Below are positions 1-10,895 of a DNA stretch of 49,094 nucleotides, piece by piece; within the stretch, counting starts at the first letter, position 1; each line of letters starts with the position of its first letter. The notes under the pieces were generated by a model. That model did not search any database. It saw only the letters and a list, made by a program, of their open reading frames with translations, and had not been told where the DNA came from. Both the position numbers and the translations under genes were made by a program. The DNA lies in assembly GCA_030167865.1 (NCBI GenBank), contig JALAGF010005826.1:1-49094 (forward strand), read 5' to 3'. The DNA comes from Craspedostauros australis. Its lineage: Eukaryota.

Positions 1-241
1 TGCATCAGTGCAGGGTCTCGCCAAGTTGTGTGGCATCGTTTCTTCACCCTACTAACACCAATAAGCTAACTCATAATAACGGACAAGGATTAGCTACAAA
101 GCACTCTACTTCTCATCGTTACAAGTTATAACTATTCAAACAGCACACCTCTCTTGAACTGCATCACACGGCTATCCCGAAGCCGGCAGATTCACGAGGC
201 ATTCTCCACCGATTCGCGACGCCTACGCACGAATCCTAACT

Positions 242-679
242 ATCGGATTCCAAGGATCATTCTTCATTTACTTCGGGTGTACATACGCCTTGGCCATGGC
301 ATCCACCGCGATGGCCGTCATGCTTGGTTCTGCAGCCGAGGACCCAAAGCTGGCGCAAGAAATGCTCCCATTGCTGTTCGTGCCGCAGCTCCTCTTCGCC
401 GGCTTCTTCGTACGCCCAGATCTTATCCCAACCTGGTTGCGCTGGGCCCAGTACCTTTGCAGTTTGACTTACGCCTTGCGCATCGTCATGATCGACGAAT
501 TTGGTGACGGCTGCAGGGGAGGAGTTGAAGGAGACGAAAACTGCGCCCGCTTGTTGAGCAGCGTCGATGCTGAGGAAGATGATATCTGGTGGTACTGGTT
601 GGTCCTCATCGCCATCTTCGTTGGCTTCCGTTTCGCGGCTCTTGCGATCTTGAGCAAGAAGGCCACGAAGTTCCTATAA
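242..679 (+). CDS. ABCG (White-type) ABC transporter, C-terminal transmembrane domain; 3' fragment only
   Basis: The frame of ORF 290..679 extends upstream to IGFQGSFFIYFGCTYALAM. It continues with ABC2-membrane-type motifs PLLFVPQLLFAGFFV..IPTWLRWAQYLCSLTYA and a last helix W.VLIAIFVGFRFAALAIL. TAA at 677-679. Sequence upstream of ~242 does not look like ABCG. Confidence 0.85.
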   Translation: MGFQGSFFIYFGCTYALAMASTAMAVMLGSAAEDPKLAQEMLPLLFVPQLLFAGFFVRPDLIPTWLRWAQYLCSLTYALRIVMIDEFGDGCRGGVEGDENCARLLSSVDAEEDDIWWYWLVLIAIFVGFRFAALAILSKKATKFL

Positions 680-798
680 AGTGTGTGTGAGAGAGAGATG
701 CGGCCTCCGACAAAAGAGAGTTGTCTACATATGAAGGAGTTTCCCCACCAGGAATCGAGCCATTCATAAACAACAGTACCTAGGATGAAGCCACATGA

Positions 799-1560
799 CT
801 ACGACTGTACACTTTGGCAGTGTCGAGAGGTGTTTAGCCCTTGCTGTTTCATAGTAGCGTCTGCTTTGCCCGAATCCATCTGGTACGTTGCACACTCCAA
901 ATGATTTTGCATGTGCGCCTGGTGAAGCGAAGTGTTGCCACTTGTGTTTTGTATGTTGATGTTGGTCTCGGCATATGCGATTAGGTACTTTGCACACTCC
1001 AACTGGCCACGCATACATGCCGCAAGGAGAGGAGTAATGCCATCGTTTTATTGATGGTTGACGTCGGCTTTGCCCGATTCGACGAGGATTTTCGCATACT
1101 CCAAGCGACCGCCATAGCATGCAAGATGGAGAGGCGTGTTGCCGTTGTTGCTTGTGGCAGCGACATCGGCATGCCCTGAATCAATCAGGTACTTCACACA
1201 ATCCGTGTGGCCGCTTAGGCATGCCATGTGAAGTGGAGCGTTGCCGTGAGTATTCTTCACAATCGTCCGAGCACTCTCCATCATAACTGACTCAGCCAGG
1301 TATCTGCTGCGCACTCCAAACGACCATTGTGGCACGCCTCATGGAAGGGGATGTTACCATCATTGTTTTGGATCTTGATGCTGGCATTCCCTGATTCGAT
1401 CTGGAACTTCGCACGTTCCAGATGGCCTCCGTAGCATGCCTGATGAAGAGCAGTGTCACCCCAACTTGTTCTGATCTCTTTGCTGTCAGCTGTTGGATTC
1501 TGCTCTTTCACTCTTACAACATCACCAGATCACCGTCCTTGGCATCTTCAAGGATCTTGG
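799..1560 (-). pseudogene. Ankyrin-repeat protein pseudogene (~6-7 repeats)
   Basis: Repeated G.TPLH.AC..GHLE..KYL.ESG.AD units (GDTALHQAC, GNIPFHEAC, GNAPLHMAC, GNTPLHLAC, GITPLLAAC, GNTSLHQAH) are split over ORFs 1281..1511, 1048..1335 and 799..1014. There is a frameshift near 1305, an in-frame TAA at 1048-1050 (NHQ*NDGITPL) and a probable further frameshift near 1525. Confidence 0.85.
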
Positions 1561-3400
1561 TATACGATAACTTTGGTTTTATGATTAGTTGATTGAAGTG
1601 CGGGAGCCGAAGGTCTGATCAGTGCAATGCATCATGGATGATTGCGAGGAGAGTGCGTGTGTGCCGAGCAAGATGGAAGCGAAAGCCAAACGGATGCGTT
1701 GGATCGAATTGGAATTGAGTCTGATGAGAACAACGCTTCATGATTGAATTAGTTGGATGAGCGACGTCTTTGTTGATGCATTGTCGGCCAGAGGCTTGAC
1801 TCATAGGACATGGTCCCACGATGGATCATGCGTTGAGGGATGTGCACATTCCCCGTGCACCGATAATGATGATGTGGTCTGAAAAAAGGTGAAATGGCGC
1901 GAACTCGCCGATTGTTGTTTTTGTTGATCGGGAACGAGTCCCGTGGGAACTTAGTCACGCTTTCGTCCGCTCACAATTTGGGATCGATGCGTGTCACAAA
2001 AGCATTCCGACAGGGATGAGAGTGTCTGGCGAACATTGATCATCGGCCACTGTTGAATGAGAGAGTGGGTGCAAGTATCGTGGAGTTGAAGTTGGAGTCT
2101 GAGTGCCGCCGTCTCAGCCACCGGAGGCAGAAGGTCAGAATACAGACGACGGCATTGACGGACGCAGACAAGCATTTCCTCTCCACTTTCTTGCCGCATT
2201 TCGCATCCAATCGCATGGTGCTGCGCGGCGGATGTCAACGGAGAGAAAAAGATGCAGCCTCTGCAAGAGATGCAGTGCGTCCCCATTGCCGTCGATCGTC
2301 GCCGGTGACTTGCATCGACGACACCTGATGTTCGATGATGGGGACTAAATGAACTCATAAAAACACAAGCGCTCCAAACCGATAAGCAGCAACAGGGACG
2401 CCAACAGCAACAGTTCAACAGTATATCTCCACGCACAACATGGACAGCACAAAGACGATGAACATGACGCAATGGAAATTCTGGATCTCAGCAGCGCTGC
2501 ACCAGTCGATGACACCATTGTCATTGATGCGTGTCGATCTCTTCTCCAGCCAGTCGTCAAACTCTTCACGGCCATCATCATCGAGAATGAGCCAACAGCA
2601 AACTAAGCCTCGGCGCAAGTAAATGACGGGATGTGCGAGAGTCACAACAAGATGACTTCATTGCCAGTCGTTGTTCATGGCAAGGAGACATTTTCTTCTC
2701 ACCAGTCATCGAGAGTCTCCTGGCTCTTATCGAGCTAACCGCCGTCTCAGAGACTGCAATGGCATCTTCACCCGCGCGCGCAACCAGCGCCGCACTTTCG
2801 GCAAGGAGTTGGAGATACCCACAAGCCCAGGCCAAGCCATGGTCGGGGGACGGCAAAGGGAATGCTTTGCGAGATCGTTGGCATCCTCTTCCGGGTAATG
2901 CGACTTCGACTGCGACGGAAGCTCCTTTCCATGTCCGGGCAAAGTGGTGCTGCTATCCTCCTCAACCAAGAAGCATGTCCTATGAATCATTCGATGTGAA
3001 CCACAATTTTCAATGCGGCGCCACTCTTGACGCAGCAGTGCTCAACAAAGCATGGCAATGGCGTGGCATACGTATGTACTCTGGAGAGCAGAGCCGTCAG
3101 TTACTCAACAGCCTCGTATGGACGGTCTCTACGATAACCCGGTGCAAACGATCTCAATAACTGAACGGCAGACAAGCGGAGCCTAACGACAACAGTAATC
3201 GAACTCATTCTGCAGTTGTGTTCAAGCACTTCAGTCGTTGTACTCCGGAGGAGTCATCTCAAGAGTTCACGCTAGAGATCCGCTCCTTTCTAGAATTTCA
3301 GTCCTTACAGACTCAAGCGATGCCTCTGTCCGCCGTCGATGCAGCCCGATTGTTGCGTGAGTCTGTTTGCTTGCTTGTTTCCTTGGTTGCTGGTTCACGT

Positions 3401-5023
3401 TCATCTCGTGATAAGCTCTTCCTCGGTGAACCGTTCGGCGGATTGGAATCGAATCGTGACCCCTGATGGATCCACAACCTTGAGATCTTGCGTCTCCTCA
3501 CCATCACTGTCACCGCCATTTTCGGACGGAGTGTAGACGACGTTCAGCGCATTCATGACAGGATTGATTGTCACCTTCCGCTTCTTTGCCTTCTGCAAGA
3601 GCACCCCCATGCAGTTGGCGGATGGCGACATGTACACCGAGCCGTTCGGCTTCTTTGGTTCGAATGGACTCTCTCCTCGGCTCAGACGAGAGTACGGGTA
3701 CTCCTAGAGAAAGATAAAGTATGACATTGTGCACGAATGTAGAGTTGGGCAGTGACAGAGTGCAATATTCCACCGGTTGTCGGTGCATGTGTGGGCGCGT
3801 TCATATCACCAATGCATGATACAGCCATAGATGTGAGAGATACCGTGGGTGGATAGGTGTATGGTACCGTACGGCTCGTCACCAATCACAGCGCAGAACA
3901 CGAGCGTCACGTTCCGTTGCGTTCCACTAGTCGTGAGTCCATGCAATTACGCCACGCGCACAACACGAGCGCAGTATTGGTACCCCAATTCTCATACAAA
4001 CAATCAAACGTATCCCGTCAAAGCCAACGTAAACGTCAACGTCAACTGCCATGCCCAAGCCAAGCTGCGGCTCCGAGCCTCCCCCATTTTCATTCTTCAA
4101 GAACATAGACTATCTGTCCGATCGCAGCAACTCACCTGTTCCACAAAGCCGAGTTGCTCGTAGAATGCCTTGCTCTGCTGCACATCCTGGCAGTTAATGG
4201 CCACCATCATCAGGGGATCGGGACTGATACCGACGATGCCGCGGACGGGCAAACCGCTTGGAGATATAGCATTGACGTAGCCGTAGGCATCAACGATCTC
4301 GCCACCGCTGGCAATAATCTGTGAGATTCTGTATCCAGGCACGCCGAACTGCAGGAACGCGATGTTGTCACCTGGTGGCGGGTTGCCGGACTTGTAAATC
4401 ACTGACTTGGCCCTGCTGTCGTACCGGATGTGAACAGATGCATGGCCACCGTTCATGCCAAAGGAAGAGACAGGGACTTCAAAATCATCCGGCTGGCTGA
4501 GCTGCTCCGGCCCGAATGCCAACCACGTGTCTTCGATGCCCTTGTCCAGATCGATGCGCTTGCGCTGCACCTCCATATCGAATCCGTTAGACAGGAACTG
4601 GATCATCTGATCCTGCTGCCGCTTGTCGACGACGTTGATGGTGATTCCCTGGATGATGGCGTTGGTGTCCGCGAATTCGGGCAACGTGCCGACGGCTGCC
4701 TCGGCCTTCTGCGGCATCGCGCTGTCGCCCACGATCAGCGAGGCACCCGCCAACGCAGCGGATTGCAGCATGCGTCTGCGAGACTGCGCCGTTTGCGATG
4801 GCGACTCTGCGTCCGATGCGTCGATGGATTGTTGTTCCGCATCGTCATGCTTCGATGCCGCCATCGACGACGGCAGGAGGGGCGCCAAGTTGTGGGCGCC
4901 GTGGACATCGTGGACGCCGTGAGTGGTCGGAGTGAAGCAATTGGCTGGAACGAATGCGGCGGATGATGCGAGCAGATACAACCAGCCTGCGACAGGAATG
5001 CTGCAAGTGCGAATTGGCTTCAT
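3401..5023 (-). CDS. Plastid/thylakoid-lumen-targeted glyoxalase/VOC-fold-like protein, 2 exons (~396 aa)
   Basis: Exon 1 is 5023..4136 (ATG MKPIRT; donor CAG|GTGAG). Intron 4135..3704 (432 nt, acceptor TCTCTAG). Exon 2 is 3703..3401, in frame (FVEQ|EYPYSRL...ELITR*). VOC-like motif VAINCQDVQQSKAFYEQLGF. Hydrophobic signal ending in AAF/NCF, then SRRRMLQSAALAGASLIV...AEA. Confidence 0.8.
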
Positions 5024-5725
5024 TGCATTCGTAGAGTAGTTGATGGTTGGGCGCCAGATACGTTCAGTGATGCGTATTGAGTAGCGCAGCGGTCTCTGCG
5101 TGTTGCGGCGAACGTTCGCACTGAAGATACCGAACTGGGCTTTCGATGAAAGGCTGACACAAGAGATCTCCGGCGGTCTCGCTGCTGCTCTCTCTGTGTC
5201 TGCAGTCGTATCTATGTATGACTGTGTATGACTGTGTGTGTCTGTGTGTGTTTGCGTTGGCTGATGGCTCTTTGTAAAATCCACTCAGTGTGTGGGCGTT
5301 GATGATGTGGTGGTGGTTGGTGCTGCCGCGATCTTGTTTGATGTGTTGGCGTTTGTGTGGTGACAACAGGCTTCGTCAACGTTGGTTCTGATTGGCTGGG
5401 AGGTTTTGTATGGTATCTTTGCCATTGCCAAATTAGATGTTAGACTTCTGGTAGTCTTCAGTGGACAGACAAGTTGTCGTCTACTCATACGAGTATGGGC
5501 TATAGTAATATGGTATGGCACACCACCTCTGCAGACGCGTGCAAGTACGAACGGCATAGAAGCAGGAGCAGACCATTGACTGTGCTTCGGAGTGAAGCGG
5601 AATACAGTAGACTGCTCTGATCTTTCGACTGCGTCGGGATACAGCATTGTCGAGTATAAAAGAATAGATGCTCATCGAAGTAACAATCGCAGCCATGCAT
5701 ACTCGTACTCGCAAGTATAATATCT

Positions 5726-7684
5726 TTACAACACGGCAAGGTGCCGATTTTCATTGATGCGAACGACGGAACAATCAGGATACTCCAGATCAAAGTCGGA
5801 AGGTGCCAACGATGCCCTTCCTCCGATCACCTTGGGCTTCCGTCCTGCCTTGATCATCGCCCCATCCGCGCGCACGTCCACGACGTTAATGGCGCCGTTG
5901 TTGATCTTGCGTCCGGATGCCTGCAGGAGAGGTTCATCCATTATCATCGCCAACAAGAAGCGCAGGTACGCCGAATGCGAAACGGCAGCAATGCAGCCGT
6001 TGGAGTCCTTGGCCTCTTCCACCAGGAACGACAAGGCTTTCGTTGCTCTTTCCAGAACCTGCACCCGTGCGTGGTATCATACCAGGGTGTGTATGACATG
6101 GGCGTGCGTATGTGTATTCGGACAGTGTGGTACCAGTATGGTTTGCCACACGGTTTGTCACATGGTTTGTCATATGGTTTGTATGCATGTTCATGTGCAC
6201 GGGATTCGTACCGTCGGCGCACCATTCGAAGATTTGGGCGCGTGCGGGATGAAGCCGATGGTTCATTCGTGTCATGGCGCATCCATGATTTGATTCGGAA
6301 GCACGTGCGTTTGGTCATGTCGCATCCCGATGTGTCACATGCGGTATCGAAGAGAGATGAAGTGCACGATGCATCAGTAATGTTAGGTTTCACATGCATT
6401 GGTTGCTTGATCATCCTTGCGGTACGAACAATGGCTGTGCTCTGCGTCTCTCTCCTCAAACAGGAATGGCCATCGAGAAAGGCTGAAGTCACCCTCGCTC
6501 TTCTTGCTCATGAACTTGCGTGTGCACAAACAAAACAACTGATACGAGTACTCGTGCAACGACAAGCAAGACCACAAGCAATAGCAGTGCCAATGTGCAT
6601 GGGACCAAACTGCTCTCCATCAGCACGGCACACATCATTGTATCTCAGCTAAAACACAGCGTACTTGTACGTTCAAAGTGTTGCATGCAAAGTGCTGTTT
6701 GCAAGGTGCTGTTTGCAAGGTGCAGCACGACAAGCACCGGCAGAAGCAGAATCAGGAGCGACGCTTCTCTCGCTCTTTCTCTTTGTGTCTCACCTCTCGT
6801 CCAGTTTCTCCACCACCGGATGGACGGTAGTCGATGTCACCAAGCGCCCATCTAGCCGCGGTGGCTTCCATCCCTGCCTTTGCGAGAGCGACTGATTGCC
6901 CCTCGGCTGCGGGGCCAAAGTCAATTTCTCCCAACACACCCAGTTCCGACGTGGGAGGCGCTGCGCCGATTTGGGCCGCTGCCGTTTGCGCAGTGAGCCG
7001 AGCTCGCAGCAGCTGCGAGTGGTACATCTTGGTTGGGACATCGTTGGCACGTGCAAGCGCATTTCCCATGCCCGTGGCCTGGATCATTCCATTGTCGTTG
7101 ATGGGTGGGTTCACACGTGCACCCTGCACCTTCCTCAGACGATTGTTTTCCGTCTGGCCATGTCTGCAGAGATAGAGACGGACATGCCCAGTTGGAATGG
7201 GCGGCAGGTCCCGAAGGCAATCGTAATCGATGGCGGACGCATCGACCACGGGGGGAGTGGGCGGTGTCGAGATTGCGATGGTGGCAGTGTCATAATTTTC
7301 ACCGGCTCTCGCCTCTGATCCCAAAGCCAGAAGGCCGCACGTCGACGCAGCAGCAGTTGCGAGGACGGAGCGTCTGCTCAGCGTCGACGATCTTCGGACG
7401 CCATGGTCCACGTCTCTCAGACGTTCCGCATGGTCCATATGGCCCACATGATCCGCAAGGTCGTCATCTTCCGCTCCAGCGCCAAACCTCAGAGGAGACG
7501 CAGCGCCGCATCTTGGACGCGTCGTGAACGCAGGGCTTTGGTGTGACCACGACGATGGGAACGGAGGCACTTGGTGTCGTTCGATGAGGCCGGGCGAGAA
7601 CGCATCAGCCGTGTTGGACACAAGGCACACCAGAAGCACCCTGGCAATCATCGTCACGAGGGCTTGTTCGGAGGATCTCATCAT
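5726..7684 (-). CDS. Histidine phosphatase (phosphoglycerate mutase-like) with plastid + Tat presequence, 2 exons (~407 aa)
   Basis: Exon 1 is 7684 (or 7744)..6794 with LYLCRHGQT, S.LLRA..TA, L.EIDFG and GGET. Donor GAG|GTGAG, intron 6793..6059 (735 nt), acceptor GTGCAG. Exon 2 is 6058..5726 with VLERA...VSHSAYLR...INNGAINV. N-terminus has signal + ADAFSP, then SRRSVLATAAAS...ARA. Confidence 0.9.
6139..6183. repeat. 12-bp minisatellite (~3.5 copies, TGGTTTGTCACA-like) inside the phosphatase intron
   Basis: tggtttgccaca cggtttgtcaca tggtttgtcata tggtttgta read directly. Confidence 0.8.
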
Positions 7685-10600
7685 CGCCGGAGTGGTGGTG
7701 GCGGTGGTGGCGGTGGTGATGGTTGTACACCGCTGCGAGTACATACGTATGATATGATCTTATTCGATGAAGTATCCGACCTCGTATACACAAGCAGGCG
7801 AGTCTCCTTCGCCGACTTCTCGATCTGCCTCCGCTCTCTCTGCCGAGCGATGATTGCTTCTTACGAAGAACGTGGGAGAACGTGATCGCGCGCATGTCGC
7901 TGGAGGCAGATCAGGAGCGTATCCATGACACTTGTTGATGTCACCAGCACGGAAGCAAGTGTCTGGTTGGCACTTCTCTTCTGCCACACGTTTGAGCGCC
8001 GTGACAAGCGTGTCCCACATATGGACAAATCTCCCCACTGGACGACCACCTCGATCAATGTTCAAATCATTTTCTTGCTTCTTCCAACACGGACTTTCTT
8101 CGGCCAATGCACATTCTGAGACCCGGACACGCTGGATGCGATTCATCGGATAAACTATGATTCATCCGAAGCCAACAACACATAACGGACAATCAGCGTC
8201 GTCACGTCTGCTCAACACGCGTCTGCCACACGCCAGATGCGAGAACAGTACCGGCGCAGATGACATTCTGTTACAAACATCACAAGCGACTACATCGCCA
8301 TTGGGCAATTGTCGAAAGATGCACAATGTGACTCACAGCAAACACGTCGCAGTTATGTAGTTGATGTCGAAGACTCTCAGAACTTTGCAAGGGTCTGACT
8401 GCGGCGTCTGAGCTATGTCTCTCCAACAACACCTGGAATCGTGGAACATACAAGTTCTCCAAGTCGAAGGAAAGAAACTCCATTTGATTGGCACTTGCCA
8501 TGTCGCAAAGACAATCGCTTGCGGTTCCTCCGCCAAACCACGATTGAAGAACACGGAAAGGCACGATCACATTGTTGCTGTACACATCGGGTGGTACTGC
8601 CGATGGCGACGATACGGGGCTGTCGCCAACGAATTCTCGTGTGAACTGCGACATGGTGAAGCGTGATTTGATGCGACGTGATGTCCTGTGCTGCTTTGCT
8701 GCTTGTTTCTCGTGTATTGTCAATCATGTCAAATTGTGGTCTTGGCTTTGCGGTACTATCCTGCTTGTACGGTACTGCGGGTGCTCTTCTGTCCTCTCTG
8801 CCACATTTGAGCGCGCATGTGTCTGCACGTCAAAGGCCATCGGCTCCCGGCAGGCGGCACAAACACTGAAACCAACGCCACCAGGTTCTCTACTACTACC
8901 ACATCGCCGGGCACCTCATGGCACACAAACCAACAGCCGGCTTGTCATAACCCCGGGCGTTAAGCACAGGTACATACCTGGGTGTCATTGTGCTCCTTCG
9001 CCATTCTTCTCACCACTTCTTTCTTTTTCGGCGTTCTTTTGTGGTTCCAACACAACGAGGACAACAACTCTTTGTGGACAGGCACCAATCGACTTCGTTG
9101 GCGATTGTTCCTCTTCAAGTATGCGGTCGGTCGTCCACTGCCGCAATCTCTTCACCGACACCCGTTTTTCATGTCGTCTCGCCTTCCTCTTGTCTCCGTT
9201 CTTGTTGACCCCCATCTCAACTTGTCTTCGTGGATGTCTTCATCCTCTTGTGTGTTCGTCTCTCTCTCTCTCTCTCTCTTCGCAACAGCTGCTGCTTGTT
9301 TTGGTGCTCGGAAACCACCGATTGGTGTCTGGTACGATTGATGGAACGGTACTTGAACGACACTTGAGCAATACCTCGAACTGTACTTGAACTGTGCTTG
9401 CACGATACGAGAGGAACTAAGCAAGAGGTTGGGCAATCGAAGAGGACAACCTCGCTTGTGGCAGTCCATCCGCTGTGTCTGCAAGTGCGAATACCAAAGC
9501 AGTCACACAGAAGGAGGGTACGCCCAACCACGCCTGTTCGTCACGAAAGGCCATGGACCGATAGAGCGCAGACGAGCAACAACAACAACTTTCGACAACG
9601 CTTGGTGGTGTTCGCGCCATCACCACGATCTACCATCGAGTTTTGCTGTTGTTCGTGCTGTGGCTGGAGCCGTCGCTGTTGGTTCAGAGCGTCGCCGTTC
9701 CCAATTAAACACAAGGGTCAGGATTGCTCCTTACCAAGACCACACAACCAATCAACGAATCGCCGAATCATCAACTAGCCGGTCAATCAGCCGGTGAACC
9801 AGTCAACCATCGTATCACGCACTCTCTCTTGCTCTCTCTGTGTGGTGTTCACTTCAACGATTTCCCTCAGACTCCCCTGTGCAGCACAACACAACACAGC
9901 GAAACTAAAAGAGCGAGAGGCAGACAGAAAGTGAAAGTGGAAGCGAAAGAACGCAATTCAGAGTTTTGTCATCACTCACTCACTCACATCCATCAACGGC
10001 TGAATTGATCTCGCGTTTCGCAACAACCGAACATCAGCACGTTACACGGTTGTGAGCTCTGGTTGGCTTTGATCTTGGCTCTGTTCGGGAAGGGGAGGGA
10101 CATCATCGACGCAACATCATCATCGACATCGACATCGAAGCATCAGCAGGAACTGCGGCATCGAAGGGACGAGCGCAAGACATCAAGTCTCTGTGCAAAC
10201 AGAGAGCGGCGCGGAATTTGTTGTTCGCGTTGGTCCCCCGTCCACAAAATAGCATAGTGCGGACAGTATCACCTTTGTCTCGTGAGGCATTCCCAAAGCC
10301 GCGGTTGAACCCGAGATCAGAAGACGAACGGAAGACTGTGACGCCATCGTATCCGCGTTGCAAGACCAAACATCACGAAACTATAGCGAAAGCTGTGTGT
10401 GTGGCTTTCATTGTCCAAGGCGGGAAAGCAGAACATCAGTAACTCCGGCAACGACCTTTCATCTATCTGCGAGTATCTCGGCAACAGCGACGGGGCCAGT
10501 GCCACTACCAGAAGCAGCTCGAGACAGAGCGTGGTTGCGACGAGGAGGTCAGAACCCCTCCCTCGTGCCCATGATCGGCAATTGAGCACCACCGCCACCA

Positions 10601-10895
10601 GCATACCATACACATACTATACACGTACGGAAAGGTACCAACTAGTCGCACAGTACGCATCAGTACTCTTCATTGGTTCGTACGTACAAATAGGGTGGAG
10701 AGCGAGATCAAGTTCGCATCACGCAACCAAGTAATCGCGGTATCAAACGTGTCACCAAGGCCGAGAAAGAGCAAGATCAAGGGCTCAAGGTCGTCACGCC
10801 ACTCTTTCCGCAGGACTGCCCGACCATTCGATACTGAGCCAAACGCAGAGGCAGCGGCCCGTCGCACCACATCAATACGAGTAGGGAGGACGGAA

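Noticed and set aside
154..507. 117-aa ORF overlapping the ABCG fragment
   Set aside because: Alternative frame of the ABCG exon, TTG start, no recognisable motifs.
1951..3400. Several 60-175-aa ORFs on both strands (e.g. 1951..2472, 2633..3160, 3218..3466)
   Set aside because: No family motifs and no consistent splice model; such ORFs are expected by chance at this GC content.
3655..3672. GGTTCGAAT resembling a tRNA T-loop
   Set aside because: Lies within a coding exon (antisense); no cloverleaf stems around it.
4097..5284. Full 395-aa ORF as listed in the track
   Set aside because: The first 87 codons (GTG start) precede the signal-peptide ATG at 5023, and the tail reads into the intron.
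5741..6652. 303-aa plus-strand ORF
   Set aside because: Antisense to phosphatase exon 2 and its intron; includes translated minisatellite; no motifs.
7760..9800. ORFs 7760..8146, 8280..8723 and 8572..9390
   Set aside because: No recognisable domain or splice-supported model; likely promoter/UTR sequence between divergent genes. A weak gene cannot be excluded.
10399..10693. Possible upstream exon of the HMG gene via a 59-nt GT-AG intron (10635..10693)
   Set aside because: The splice would be in frame, but that upstream frame has no ATG after the stop at 10384; not supportable without RNA data.
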